From Firmicutes bacterium UBA5766 (GTDB lineage Bacteria; Bacillota; Desulfotomaculia; Desulfotomaculales; Nap2-2B), in contig DIEU01000049.1 of the NCBI GenBank assembly GCA_002418775.1, positions 32,241 through 96,240 of the forward strand: a stretch of 64,000 bases of DNA, given 5' to 3'. This document shows, one piece after another, positions 42,841-52,816 of this stretch. How positions within the stretch are numbered: position 1 is the stretch's first letter; the number at the start of each line of letters is the position of its first letter. The translations under genes and the position numbers were made by a program. The notes beneath the pieces were generated by a model. That model was not told where the DNA came from. It ran no database searches and worked only from the letters and a program-made list of their open reading frames with translations.

Positions 42841-43383
42841 ATGTTGAAGAGTAAAGTAATGGCCCGCCTCAAAAAAAATAAGCCTAAGAAGGAGATAAGT
42901 GAGGAAGGGAAAAAACCGAAATCTCCAAAATTAGTCAAGCTACTTATTGCCGCGGGCCTAATCCTTTTTTTATTGGCAGGCAGCGCAGCTTACGTCTATT
43001 TTAACAAGGATATGAAAAACAAGATCGCAGGCCTTGCGCATTTTCATAAACAGAATGATAAAAAAGTAGAAAAGGATGCTGAAGAAATAATCACACTCCC
43101 ATCATTGGTCGTCAATTTATCCGGTGATGGCGGGCATTTTTTACGGGTATCCTGCGTGCTTGTCTATTCTAAAAATAATAAAAAGCTGGCGCTGGAACTT
43201 GAGGAGAAGAATTATATCTTAAGCGATACATTGATAGATACGCTTCGGGGAAAAAGTGCGGAAGAAATTCAGATGGATCCGGCGTCCAAAGACTTGAAGG
43301 AAAACCTGCGGCAGGCAATTAATGCCAGGTTGACCGCAGGGCAAATTAACGGTGTCTATTTTACAGAACTGCTGGTTCAATAA
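42841..43383 (+). CDS. fliL: flagellar basal body-associated protein FliL
   Basis: One N-terminal TM segment, then 'ITLPSLVVNLSGDGGHFLRVSCVLVYS'. Confidence 0.8.
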   Translation: MLKSKVMARLKKNKPKKEISEEGKKPKSPKLVKLLIAAGLILFLLAGSAAYVYFNKDMKNKIAGLAHFHKQNDKKVEKDAEEIITLPSLVVNLSGDGGHFLRVSCVLVYSKNNKKLALELEEKNYILSDTLIDTLRGKSAEEIQMDPASKDLKENLRQAINARLTAGQINGVYFTELLVQ

Positions 43384-43402
43384 ATAAGGGTGTTTCGAAG
43401 TT

Positions 43403-43774
43403 ATGAATGAAGAAGAAATTAGAGATTTTCTAAAAGGTTTAAAAGAAGATAGTATCACTGTTAAGAAAATTAAATTCCCCGAACTCAAACACTCTACCAA
43501 CGCATCCAGGATCAAGGTTAGTTTGAAGCACTTGTTTGATGTCAGGGTAACGATTACTGCTCAACTTGGTCAGGCAATCTTAAAAGGGTCAGAGATTCTG
43601 TCTTTTAAGAAAGGCAAGTTGATTGTTTTAAACAAGATTGTTGGAGAACAAATGGATCTTTATATTAACAACCAGAAGTTTGCCAAGGGGGAAGTCCTGG
43701 TTATCGGGGAAGTTTTTGCAATAAGAGTCAGTTCAATTTACCCGGATCCAAACAATGATTCCGAGGAGTTGTAA
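43403..43774 (+). CDS. fliN: FliN-like switch protein (SpoA domain only)
   Basis: 'DVRVTITAQLGQAILKGSEILSFKKGKLIVLNKIVGEQMDLYINNQKFAKGEVLVIGEVFAIRV' is a SpoA/FliN C-terminal domain. A separate fliY lies at 56229. Confidence 0.75.
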   Translation: MNEEEIRDFLKGLKEDSITVKKIKFPELKHSTNASRIKVSLKHLFDVRVTITAQLGQAILKGSEILSFKKGKLIVLNKIVGEQMDLYINNQKFAKGEVLVIGEVFAIRVSSIYPDPNNDSEEL

Positions 43775-43779
43775 ATTCT

Positions 43780-44154
43780 TTGAATGAGGGAGAATTCTTC
43801 CTGGTTGTTTTAAAATTAATCGTTACCCTGGTTGTTATTTTGTGCCTGGCTTATCTGTCTATCCGGTTTGGCTTGTCAAAAATATATACCCCGTCTGGAC
43901 GGACCAATTATATGAAAATCATTGAACAACTTTATCTTGGGCCGAAAATATTGTTGATTCTAGTCCAGGTCGGCGAAGAATACTTTTTACTTGCTTCCTC
44001 CAACGGGCAAATCAGCGGGATGAAGAATCTGGCGGGCAAACCGGAAACCCTGGAGCTTAACGCCAGCGCCGATGAAAAAGAAAATCAGCCTTATATTTAT
44101 CCAAGGCTTTTAGGAAATGCATTATTAAAACGTTTTTTTACTAAGAAAGAATAA
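43780..44154 (+). CDS. fliO: flagellar biosynthesis protein FliO/FliZ
   Basis: 124 aa with a single TM segment 'FFLVVLKLIVTLVVILCLAYL'. It lies immediately upstream of fliP. TTG start. Confidence 0.7.
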   Translation: MNEGEFFLVVLKLIVTLVVILCLAYLSIRFGLSKIYTPSGRTNYMKIIEQLYLGPKILLILVQVGEEYFLLASSNGQISGMKNLAGKPETLELNASADEKENQPYIYPRLLGNALLKRFFTKKE

Positions 44155-44175
44155 GCGCCGAAGGGAAAAATCAGT

Positions 44176-44949
44176 TTGGACAGCCGAAACAAAATGTTTT
44201 TAGATCTGCTTTTCTGTGGTTTGGCAGCTTGCTTTTTTTGCTTCCTGCCGGATTATGCTTTAGCCCAGCCTGTTCCCGTTCCCAATCTTAATATTCAGGT
44301 TGGACAGTCTTTAACACCGCAGCAAACAATGGATACTGTAAAATTGCTTGTTTTACTGACCATGCTTTCCCTTTTACCGGCTTTTTTGGTTATGTTAACC
44401 TCTTTTACGCGGATTGTTGTTGTCTTATCGATTCTGCGCAGCGCACTGGGCACGATGCAGATTCCCTCGAACCAGATTATAATAGGGCTGGCGCTGTTTC
44501 TGACAGTATTCGTTATGTCTCCCGTTTATAACGAAATCGATCGTCAGGCAATAAGACCTTATTTAGCCAACACGATCAGTCAGGAACAGGCTGTAAATGT
44601 CGCCCAGGCGCCTTTACGTACTTTTATGCTCAAACAAACAAGGGAAAAGGACCTTGCCCTTTTTGTAAGCCTTTCGAAAATTGAGAGACTCAACAATCCG
44701 CAAACGGCGCCAATGCAGGTAGTTATTCCGTCTTTTATTATAAGTGAACTAAAAACCGCTTTTCAAATAGGGTTTTTAATTTATCTTCCTTTCCTGATTA
44801 TCGATCTGGTGGTAGCCAGCATCCTTATGTCAATGGGAATGTTTATGCTTCCGCCAATTATGATTTCTCTGCCTTTTAAACTGCTGCTGTTCGTATTAGT
44901 TGATGGTTGGTACCTGGTTGTCAAATCTCTGATGGAAACCTTTCATTAA
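44176..44949 (+). CDS. fliP: flagellar type III export apparatus protein FliP
   Basis: 'LLTMLSLLPAFLVMLTSFTRIVVVLSILRSALG' and 'AFQIGFLIYLPFLIIDLVVASILMSMGM' are FliP signatures. Confidence 0.9.
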   Translation: MDSRNKMFLDLLFCGLAACFFCFLPDYALAQPVPVPNLNIQVGQSLTPQQTMDTVKLLVLLTMLSLLPAFLVMLTSFTRIVVVLSILRSALGTMQIPSNQIIIGLALFLTVFVMSPVYNEIDRQAIRPYLANTISQEQAVNVAQAPLRTFMLKQTREKDLALFVSLSKIERLNNPQTAPMQVVIPSFIISELKTAFQIGFLIYLPFLIIDLVVASILMSMGMFMLPPIMISLPFKLLLFVLVDGWYLVVKSLMETFH

Positions 44950-44970
44950 TTAAAAAAGCTGGGGGTTTGC

Positions 44971-45240
44971 ATGACTGACGCATATGTTTTAGGAGTCTGT
45001 CGCCACGCTATCTGGATAATATTAATAATTACTTTACCTATCCTGGGAGTGGGTTTGGCAGTCGGTTTGGCGGTAAGTATTTTCCAGGCGGCAACACAGA
45101 TCCAGGAGCAAACACTAACATTCGTACCAAAACTTGTTGTTACGTTTTTGGCAATAGTTGCTTTACTGCCCTGGATTATGCACATGCTGACCGCTTATAC
45201 AACAGAACTATACAGCCAGTGGCCGTTGCTGATGCATTAG
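44971..45240 (+). CDS. fliQ: flagellar export apparatus protein FliQ
   Basis: 89 aa with 2 TM segments. 'AVSIFQAATQIQEQTLTFVPKL' is the FliQ core. Confidence 0.9.
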   Translation: MTDAYVLGVCRHAIWIILIITLPILGVGLAVGLAVSIFQAATQIQEQTLTFVPKLVVTFLAIVALLPWIMHMLTAYTTELYSQWPLLMH

Positions 45241-45251
45241 GGAGAATTGTT

Positions 45252-46016
45252 ATGGATTTTACAAGTATGACAATTTTTTTACTTGTTTTTGCCAGAACGT
45301 TTTCATTCCTGGCTGCCTCACCTTTCTTTGCCATGCCGAATATCCCGGCTCTGACAAAGATAGGTTTTGGCTTTTGTCTGTCGATCATTGTTTGCCTCGC
45401 TTTTCCCAATATGCATCAGGATGTGCCCGGAGGTCTTCCAGGTTTTGTTCTTGCGCTGATTAGGGAAGCAGGATTGGGTCTGCTGCTGGGAATCATGGTA
45501 AACATGATTTTTAGCAGTATCCGGAATGCGGGACAGTATATGGATTTCCAGATGGGTTTCAGTATGGCTAGTGCAGTTGACCCCCTGACGGGGGTCCAGG
45601 TAACAATTATGGGACAGTTTATGAATCTTTTGGGACTGGTTTTTTTCTTAAGCATTGATGGGCACCACCGCTTGATTAATGCTCTTGTACAAAGCTACAG
45701 GCTTTTCCCCATAATGGACGGGAGTCTTAGCTTTGCCGGCAGGGTAGGACTTGTTGCAGCCAAAGCGGCTGGAGTAATGTGCCTGCTTGCTGTACAGATC
45801 AGCGCCCCCCTTCTGGCTGTATTGGTCATAATTGATTTGTCTCTCGGTCTGGTAGCCAAGGCTGCTCCCCAGGTCAATGTTTTTTTGCTTGGCTTTCCCA
45901 TTAAAATACTCGCAGGTCTTTTTGTCCTGATCATTCTGCTGCCTCTTTTGGCATCTCCTTTAGCCAATGTTTTTTTGTTAATGGAAAAAAATATGAACCA
46001 TTTGTTGGGCGGATGA
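45252..46016 (+). CDS. fliR: flagellar export apparatus protein FliR
   Basis: Polytopic membrane protein. I moved the start to ATG 45252 (MDFTSMTIFLLVFAR) after GGGAG. Confidence 0.85.
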   Translation: MDFTSMTIFLLVFARTFSFLAASPFFAMPNIPALTKIGFGFCLSIIVCLAFPNMHQDVPGGLPGFVLALIREAGLGLLLGIMVNMIFSSIRNAGQYMDFQMGFSMASAVDPLTGVQVTIMGQFMNLLGLVFFLSIDGHHRLINALVQSYRLFPIMDGSLSFAGRVGLVAAKAAGVMCLLAVQISAPLLAVLVIIDLSLGLVAKAAPQVNVFLLGFPIKILAGLFVLIILLPLLASPLANVFLLMEKNMNHLLGG

Positions 46017-46047
46017 TTTTTCTTTTTATTCTTAGGAGTCAATAAAT

Positions 46048-47109
46048 ATGTCTGACGCACATGATAAAACTGAAAAAGCGACACCTCGTAAACTGCAGGA
46101 AGCGAGGCAGTCAGGTCAGGTAGCTAAAAGCGCCGATTTGAACGCTGCTTTAATTCTTCTTTTTATGGCTTCTTTTATTTGGTTAACGAGGGGTTTGTTT
46201 TTAAATAATATGTCAGGCTTTTTAGCCGGGTTTTTTGAGCACGTACTCAGTACGCAGGGTGACGGGACTGATTATATACAGTTTTTCATGCGCACATCCC
46301 TGCAGGCTTTTTATGTTTTACTGCCTTATCTGCTTGTTCCTTTGATAATTGCTGTTGGAGCCAACTTGTTACAGGTAGGTTTTCTCTTTGCGCCTGGTGT
46401 TTTGTTGCCTAAAGCCGATCGGCTAAATCCCTTAAACGGGCTTAAGAAGGTATTCTCTTTCAGGGGGTTTTTTGAATTAGCCAAAACATTGCTAAAAATA
46501 GCCATAATAGGTTTTATAACCTACCGGTTGGTAAGAAATCAACTGCCTGATTTGATTGGATTATTCCGTTGCGGAACCCGTGAGACTGTGATGACTATAG
46601 CAAGTTTTGCGACATTAATTTTGTTGTATGGAGGATTGATTTATTTTATCCTTGCAATCATTGATTATGTTTTCCAGCGATTCCAGTACGATAAAAATAT
46701 GCGCATGTCCAAGCGTGAGATTAAAGAAGAAATGCGCCAAACAGAAGGAGATCCTTTGATAAAGTCTCAAATCAGGCGCAGGCAGAGGCAAATTGCTTTT
46801 AATCGCATCAAGCAGGAAGTACCGAGAGCCACAGTTGTAATTACTAATCCGACACATTTTGCGATTGCCCTGCTTTATAAAGACAAGGAGATGGATGCTC
46901 CGGAAGTTACTGCTAAAGGCGCCGGTGAAATTGCCCAGCAGATTAAAAAAATAGCCAGGGAGAATAATGTTCCCCTGGTTGAGAATAAAGAATTGGCGAA
47001 GTTTCTTTACTATAAGGTGGAAATTGGAGAAAAAATCCCTGTAGCTTTGTATCAGGTAATAGCTGAGATAATAGCTCACGTCTACCGTTTAAAGGGTAGG
47101 ACCGCTTAG
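46048..47109 (+). CDS. flhB: flagellar export switch protein FlhB
   Basis: N-terminus 'KTEKATPRKLQEARQSGQVAKS' and the autocleavage site 'NPTH' in 'VVITNPTHFAIAL'. Confidence 0.95.
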   Translation: MSDAHDKTEKATPRKLQEARQSGQVAKSADLNAALILLFMASFIWLTRGLFLNNMSGFLAGFFEHVLSTQGDGTDYIQFFMRTSLQAFYVLLPYLLVPLIIAVGANLLQVGFLFAPGVLLPKADRLNPLNGLKKVFSFRGFFELAKTLLKIAIIGFITYRLVRNQLPDLIGLFRCGTRETVMTIASFATLILLYGGLIYFILAIIDYVFQRFQYDKNMRMSKREIKEEMRQTEGDPLIKSQIRRRQRQIAFNRIKQEVPRATVVITNPTHFAIALLYKDKEMDAPEVTAKGAGEIAQQIKKIARENNVPLVENKELAKFLYYKVEIGEKIPVALYQVIAEIIAHVYRLKGRTA

Positions 47110-47135
47110 CAGGGCAGCTAAGGGAGGGTATTGAA

Positions 47136-49223
47136 ATGCCGCAGGACTTTTCGACAACTGTTAGAAATAACTTGAGCATAAGAAAAAATGGAGATCTAAT
47201 CGTTGCAGCAGCGGTAATCTTTATTATGCTTTTGATTATTATCCCTTTATCGCCATTTTTTCTTGATCTTTTGCTTTCGTTTAGTCTGACCCTGGCAATG
47301 GTCATTGTTCTGATAACTATGTTTACACTGGAACCCCTGCAGTTTTCTATTTTTCCAACCCTTCTTTTGGTTACTACGCTTTACCGGCTTGCTTTAAACA
47401 TATCTTCAACAAGACTAATCTTGACCCGTGCTGAAGCTGGAAGTATTATAGATACTTTCGGACACTTTGTAATCGGAGGTAATTATGTAGTCGGTATTAT
47501 TGTATTCATAATTATAACGATAATTCAATTTGTAGTGATAACAAACGGGACTACAAGGGTTGCCGAAGTAGCGGCGCGTTTTACATTGGATGCGATGCCG
47601 GGTAAACAGATGGGGATTGATGCAGAATTCAACGCCGGATTAATCAGTGAAGAAGAAGCCAGGAAGCGCAGAAAACATACCCAGCAGGAAGCAGATTTTT
47701 ATGGGTCTATGGACGGCGCAAGTAAATTTGTCAGGGGAGATGCAATAGCCGGTATAATTATTATCCTTGTCAATTTAATAGGAGGTCTGATTATCGGAGT
47801 GCTCCAAATGGGTCTCCCGATCGGTGAGGCAGTAAAAAAATTTACTTTACTTTCAGTTGGGGACGGGTTGGTGGCACAAATACCTGCGCTTTTAATCTCA
47901 ACTGCCGCCGGTATCCTTGTTACCCGTACGAGTCAAGAATCGACTCTCGGGCATGAAGCTTCCAGACAATTTTTAAATTTCCCGCGGGCTTTATATCTGG
48001 CTGCCGCAATTTTATTTATTTTAGCTTTGATTCCTACAATGCCTCATTTATTATTCTTGCTTTTAAGCAGCGGTTTTGCTTTTCTTTCCTACAACTTAAC
48101 CAGCCAGGAAAAAAGCAGAACAGCAAAAGAGGAGCGGGAAAAGATTTTAAAAACAAAAGAAGATCAAAAACAACCTGAAAATGTTGCCGGTTATTTTATG
48201 GTCGATCCACTGGAGATTGAAATTGGTTACAATTTGATTCCTTTAACCGATGAATCCAGGGGTGGGGATTTATTAGCCAGGCTCGCTGCTGTCAGGCGCC
48301 AGTGCGCCACCGAACTGGGCATTTATGTGCGGCCAATTCGGATCAGGGACAATTTACAGCTTGGTCCGGATACTTACACGTTTATTTTAAAAGGAGCGCT
48401 TGCCGGAAAGGGTGAACTTAAACCAGGATACCAACTTGCTTTGGTGTCTGCTGAGGATAATAGTACAATTAACGGTTTGCCTACCCAGGAACCAACTTTT
48501 GGATTGCCGGCCTATTGGATAGACACAACAGAAAAGTCACGTCTTGTTGCCCAGGGTGTTACGGTAGTCGATTGCGCTGCTGTACTGGTTACTCATTTGA
48601 CCGAGTTCATCAAAAGACATGCGCATGAACTGCTCAGCAGACAGGATGTAAAAGATTTATGTGACGCTGTCAAGGTTAAGAATCCTGCAGTGATAGAAGA
48701 ACTAATACCCAATGTTTTAAGCTTGGGGGAGATTCAAAAAATATTGCAGAACCTTCTTAAAGAAAACATACCCATTCGTACCCTGACTTCAATCCTGGAA
48801 GCAATAGCCGATGGAGCAAGATCCTCAAGAAACGTGGACTATTTAACGGATTATGTAAGATCTACAATGGGGTTAACGATCTGTAAACTTTATATGAAGG
48901 AAGATGATAAGCTAACGGTTATCACACTTCATCCGGTGTTAGAGCAAAAAATAATTAATTCTCTTCAGGAAAGCCAGATGGAAGTTTACCCCGTACTTGA
49001 GCCAAAAACAATTCAAAAGCTTCTGGAAAATGTAAAGAAGTCTATTGAAAAGGCTAATCTTATGGGCATAAAGCCTGTAATATTATGCTCCGGGAGAGTG
49101 CGCCTGCCGTTTAGAAGATTGATTGAGCGTTACTGGCCAAATCTTGCTGTGATTTCCTTGAATGAGATTACGGCGGAAATAAAAGTCGAATCTATTGGAA
49201 CGGTGAATTTAAATGAAAGTTAA
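47136..49223 (+). CDS. flhA: flagellar export gate protein FlhA
   Basis: 695 aa, FHIPEP family: 'RVAEVAARFTLDAMPGKQMGIDAE' and 'FYGSMDGASKFVRGDAIAGI'. Confidence 0.95.
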   Translation: MPQDFSTTVRNNLSIRKNGDLIVAAAVIFIMLLIIIPLSPFFLDLLLSFSLTLAMVIVLITMFTLEPLQFSIFPTLLLVTTLYRLALNISSTRLILTRAEAGSIIDTFGHFVIGGNYVVGIIVFIIITIIQFVVITNGTTRVAEVAARFTLDAMPGKQMGIDAEFNAGLISEEEARKRRKHTQQEADFYGSMDGASKFVRGDAIAGIIIILVNLIGGLIIGVLQMGLPIGEAVKKFTLLSVGDGLVAQIPALLISTAAGILVTRTSQESTLGHEASRQFLNFPRALYLAAAILFILALIPTMPHLLFLLLSSGFAFLSYNLTSQEKSRTAKEEREKILKTKEDQKQPENVAGYFMVDPLEIEIGYNLIPLTDESRGGDLLARLAAVRRQCATELGIYVRPIRIRDNLQLGPDTYTFILKGALAGKGELKPGYQLALVSAEDNSTINGLPTQEPTFGLPAYWIDTTEKSRLVAQGVTVVDCAAVLVTHLTEFIKRHAHELLSRQDVKDLCDAVKVKNPAVIEELIPNVLSLGEIQKILQNLLKENIPIRTLTSILEAIADGARSSRNVDYLTDYVRSTMGLTICKLYMKEDDKLTVITLHPVLEQKIINSLQESQMEVYPVLEPKTIQKLLENVKKSIEKANLMGIKPVILCSGRVRLPFRRLIERYWPNLAVISLNEITAEIKVESIGTVNLNES

Positions 49224-50436
49224 AAAGTATTTTGCAAATGATATGCAGAAGGCAATTTCAGAAATAAGAAGGGACATGGGTTCAGAGGCGATCATCATCA
49301 GCCAGCGCAGAGTGAGGGGCAAAGGTGTTTTTGGATTCTTTGTCCAACGGCTGGAGGTAACCGCTGCTCTTGAAGAAGAAAACAAAACAAGTTTTAGCTA
49401 TGAATTAGAACAGGAACTGCAGCAAGATTGGCCTGAATCAAAACAGGAGTTTCTGAACCGGTTGGGGTTTGAAAAAAATGAACCTGTGGATGCAAAAGAA
49501 GAAAGTATTGTTCCTGAATCCGAATATAATTATAATCCGGCTTTCGCAGATCTATCTTTGTATGAAAAGGCGGACCCAAGCTTGCCGATACAAGAAGAAT
49601 TGAAGGAAATGAGGAGTTTGATTGAGCAAATGGTATCTGCTCATGAGAACGGTAAAAGTGTCCATAATGAGCATTATGAATTATGGCGGCACAGGCTGCA
49701 AGCACACGGCATTGGAGAAACTTCCATTGACATGCTCCTGCAGATTATTCCTGAGGGGTCCTGGGAAGAAGATAAAAAAATCGTAAGTCTTTTTATAGAT
49801 CACTTAGCTGATCTGCTGAGACCTTTATATAAAGAAGTCCGACCTGGTCAGGTCTTGAGTTTCATAGGTCCCACGGGAGTAGGCAAAACAACTACCCTAG
49901 CCAAGTTGGCTGCGCAACTGGCTTTAAATCAAAGAAAAAAGGTGGCTATTCTAACTATTGATACATATCGAATTGGGGCGGTTGAACAACTTCAAACATA
50001 TGCCGAAATAATTGGTGTTCCCCTTCAGGTGGTTTTGTCTCCTGGTGAGTTAAAAGATGCGTTACTGAAAAACGAGGACAGGGACTATATTCTTATTGAT
50101 TCTGCGGGCCAACCTTTTTCAAAGGATGATCAGGTTCAGGAGTTGCGGGCATTCTTACGGGAAGTAAACAAGCCCCATGATGTTTTTTTAGTTCTGAGCA
50201 GCAATACAAAGAGCGCAGATCTACTGCAGGCCGCAGAATATTTTATGCCCTGCGGCTATAACAAACTGATTTTTACTAAATCTGATGAGACGATTTCGCA
50301 AGGTTCGATACTGGATGTAATTAATAAAGTTAAACTGCCGGTTATTTATATAACTAACGGCCAAAACGTACCTGATGATATTATACAAATTGAGTACCAT
50401 AGTTTAGCTTCTTTTATACTGAACGGGGTTGATTAA
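49213..50436 (+). CDS. flhF: flagellar SRP-type GTPase FlhF
   Basis: 'FIGPTGVGKTTTLAKLAA' (G1), 'DTYRIGA' and 'LIDSAGQ'. Confidence 0.9.
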   Translation: MKVKKYFANDMQKAISEIRRDMGSEAIIISQRRVRGKGVFGFFVQRLEVTAALEEENKTSFSYELEQELQQDWPESKQEFLNRLGFEKNEPVDAKEESIVPESEYNYNPAFADLSLYEKADPSLPIQEELKEMRSLIEQMVSAHENGKSVHNEHYELWRHRLQAHGIGETSIDMLLQIIPEGSWEEDKKIVSLFIDHLADLLRPLYKEVRPGQVLSFIGPTGVGKTTTLAKLAAQLALNQRKKVAILTIDTYRIGAVEQLQTYAEIIGVPLQVVLSPGELKDALLKNEDRDYILIDSAGQPFSKDDQVQELRAFLREVNKPHDVFLVLSSNTKSADLLQAAEYFMPCGYNKLIFTKSDETISQGSILDVINKVKLPVIYITNGQNVPDDIIQIEYHSLASFILNGVD

Positions 50437-50438
50437 AA

Positions 50439-51353
50439 GTGCCGGATGATCAGGCCGCCTTACTGAGAATATTAGCTGAAGAAAAAAATCTTGGCAAACA
50501 GAAATTGGGCTTTCCGGATTCTGGCGGTGGCCCCGTTGTTATTGCTGTCACAAGCGGCAAGGGTGGAGTCGGTAAAACGAGTGTGGTGGTTAACCTGGGG
50601 CTTCTTTTGGCAAAGCAGGGGGTCCGGACGGTGCTTTTAGATGCAGACCTGGGCCTGGCTAATGTTGAAGTGCTGGTTGGAGTTGTCCCGCCTTATTCTA
50701 TTTATGATGTATTGTATGGCGATAAGACTTTTCAGGACATCTTGGTTAATGGACCTTTTGACCTAAAAATTGTCTCCGGTGGTTCAGGTTTGCAGGAACT
50801 TGCCAATATAGAGCAGTCGCAGCGGGAAAGATTAATCAGCAGTTTAGCTTTTTTTCAGGATAAAACAGAAGTTCTGTTAATTGATACAGGAGCAGGTATT
50901 TCACGTAACGTATTGGGATTTGTTGCAGCAGCCGGAGAAGTAATCGTGGTAGTCACACCGGAACCGACATCATTAACTGACGCTTACAGTCTGATTAAGG
51001 TTCTGGCAAAATTCAAGGTGCACGAAAAGGTATCTTTTATTGTAAATCAGGCTTCAAATGAACAGGAAGCTATTTTAACCGCGGAAAGGATTACCCTGGT
51101 TACAAACAAATTTTTGAATAATATAAAGTTGGAGTATTTGGGTTTCATTTTAAAAGAGGATATTGTTGTTGAGGCTGTAAAGAACCAAACCCCCTTTGTC
51201 ATATCGCATCCAAACTGCCAGGCAACAAAAAGTCTTGCTCAGATAGCAATTAGACTAAATAATTTGATTGGGAGAAAGGATTACGGTACAGACTCAAAAA
51301 ATCCTATAGGCATGAAAACGTTTATACAAAAGCTGCTCAAACTCTATAAATGA
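50439..51353 (+). CDS. flhG: MinD/ParA-type ATPase FlhG (YlxH)
   Basis: Deviant Walker A 'TSGKGGVGKTS'. It follows flhF. GTG start. Confidence 0.9.
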   Translation: MPDDQAALLRILAEEKNLGKQKLGFPDSGGGPVVIAVTSGKGGVGKTSVVVNLGLLLAKQGVRTVLLDADLGLANVEVLVGVVPPYSIYDVLYGDKTFQDILVNGPFDLKIVSGGSGLQELANIEQSQRERLISSLAFFQDKTEVLLIDTGAGISRNVLGFVAAAGEVIVVVTPEPTSLTDAYSLIKVLAKFKVHEKVSFIVNQASNEQEAILTAERITLVTNKFLNNIKLEYLGFILKEDIVVEAVKNQTPFVISHPNCQATKSLAQIAIRLNNLIGRKDYGTDSKNPIGMKTFIQKLLKLYK

Positions 51354-51365
51354 CCACATTAAGTT

Positions 51366-52064
51366 ATGAAAAGGGAGTTAAAGTTGTCAAAAGAAATACC
51401 TAACGAACAAGGTCAATTGAAAATCAATCTTTCGGTAAAGATCGCCAGAAGCAATGAGAAAATATTTTATTCTTCTACAGTCCAGGATATTGGAGATGAT
51501 TTTGTCACAATTATGGCCCCTCTACAGGAGGGTTATCCCTTGATTCTTAAGCCGGGGGAAGCAGTGCTGGGGCGCTTCATTCAGGACAGGAAAAGCTACT
51601 TTTTCTATACTTTTGTTTTAGGTAAACATAAAGAAAACGAAGTAATTTTTTTAGAGCTTTCGATGCCGGAAGAAATAAAAGAAGACCAACAAAGAGCGAC
51701 CATTCGCTTCCCAATTCTTATGGACGTAGAAAAATCAACTTTATTATCCTCCCTAAAGAAAGGAGAGGAACCAGTTTATGAAAAGACAAAAGCTCTTGAC
51801 ATAAGCGCAGGGGGAATGAAAATAGCTAGCAGCATTGAGTATCCTATAGGGACCGTTTTTTCTATTCGATTTTCTCTTGATTTTAACGAAAACGGTAATA
51901 ATCAATCTGTACACTTTGTAACAAGAGCCCTATTAGTATACTGCAAGGAAATGGAAAAACAGAAGATTTACCATATTGGGATCGAGTTTATCGATTTGAA
52001 GGAGCCCCAAAGGGATAAAATATTTAAGTTTATTTTTAACAGGATGTCTAAAAGAATGGTTTAA
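51366..52064 (+). CDS. PilZ-domain protein (YcgR/MotI-like flagellar brake candidate)
   Basis: c-di-GMP binding motifs RxxxR ('RATIR') and DxSxxG ('DISAGG'). The gene is embedded between flhG and sigD. The start could instead be TTG 51384. Confidence 0.8.
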   Translation: MKRELKLSKEIPNEQGQLKINLSVKIARSNEKIFYSSTVQDIGDDFVTIMAPLQEGYPLILKPGEAVLGRFIQDRKSYFFYTFVLGKHKENEVIFLELSMPEEIKEDQQRATIRFPILMDVEKSTLLSSLKKGEEPVYEKTKALDISAGGMKIASSIEYPIGTVFSIRFSLDFNENGNNQSVHFVTRALLVYCKEMEKQKIYHIGIEFIDLKEPQRDKIFKFIFNRMSKRMV

Positions 52065-52078
52065 TCAGGAGAGATAAC

Positions 52079-52816
52079 ATGGAAGCGGAAGAAAAGGAGC
52101 TATGGGAGCAGTATCAAAGGAATCCCGATTTTCAGACAAAAGAAAAACTGGTCACGATTTACCTGCCGCTGGTTAAATATTTAGCCGGCAGGATGGCTAT
52201 TCATTTACCGGCAGGTATTGGGAAGGAAGACCTGGAGAGCTGCGGGGTTATGGGCTTGCTGGAGGCAATAAAAAAATTTGTTCCTGAGAGGGGAACAAAT
52301 TTTACGAGTTTTGCCCAGCAACGGATTAAAGGGGCAATGATTGATGAGATACGCAGGCTTTCCTGGGTTCCCCGGCGCTTATGGCAGCAAATTAATATGG
52401 TTGAGCAAGCGAAAAAAGAAATTGCATTGGCCGGCAAAGAGGTTAATGAAAGTAATTTGGTAGAAAAAACCGGTCTTTCACAAGAAAACCTGAAAAAAAT
52501 AAACGGATACTCCAAGCAGATGCAAGTTACCTCACTGGATCAGGATAATTTTTTAGAAGGTAAAAACCTGCTTGACTTTACCAATTCCGAACCGCTTGAT
52601 GTTGTTCTGCAGAATGAAAAACATGAAGTTCTTACAAAGGCTATTTCTTCTTTAGAAAGCAGAGACAAGCTTATTTTGGCTTTGTACTATCAGGAAAGGC
52701 TCACATTAAAAGAAATAAGTTTGGTATTAAGTGTTACCGAATCGAGGGTTTGTCAGCTGCATTCCCGGGCCATTTCTCGTTTGCGCGACAAACTGGGGGA
52801 GATGTCATATGTCTGA
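52079..52816 (+). CDS. fliA: flagellar sigma factor sigma-28 (FliA/SigD)
   Basis: Region 2 'NFTSFAQQRIKGAMIDEIRR' and region 4 HTH 'LTLKEISLVLSVTESRVCQLHSRAI'. Confidence 0.95.
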   Translation: MEAEEKELWEQYQRNPDFQTKEKLVTIYLPLVKYLAGRMAIHLPAGIGKEDLESCGVMGLLEAIKKFVPERGTNFTSFAQQRIKGAMIDEIRRLSWVPRRLWQQINMVEQAKKEIALAGKEVNESNLVEKTGLSQENLKKINGYSKQMQVTSLDQDNFLEGKNLLDFTNSEPLDVVLQNEKHEVLTKAISSLESRDKLILALYYQERLTLKEISLVLSVTESRVCQLHSRAISRLRDKLGEMSYV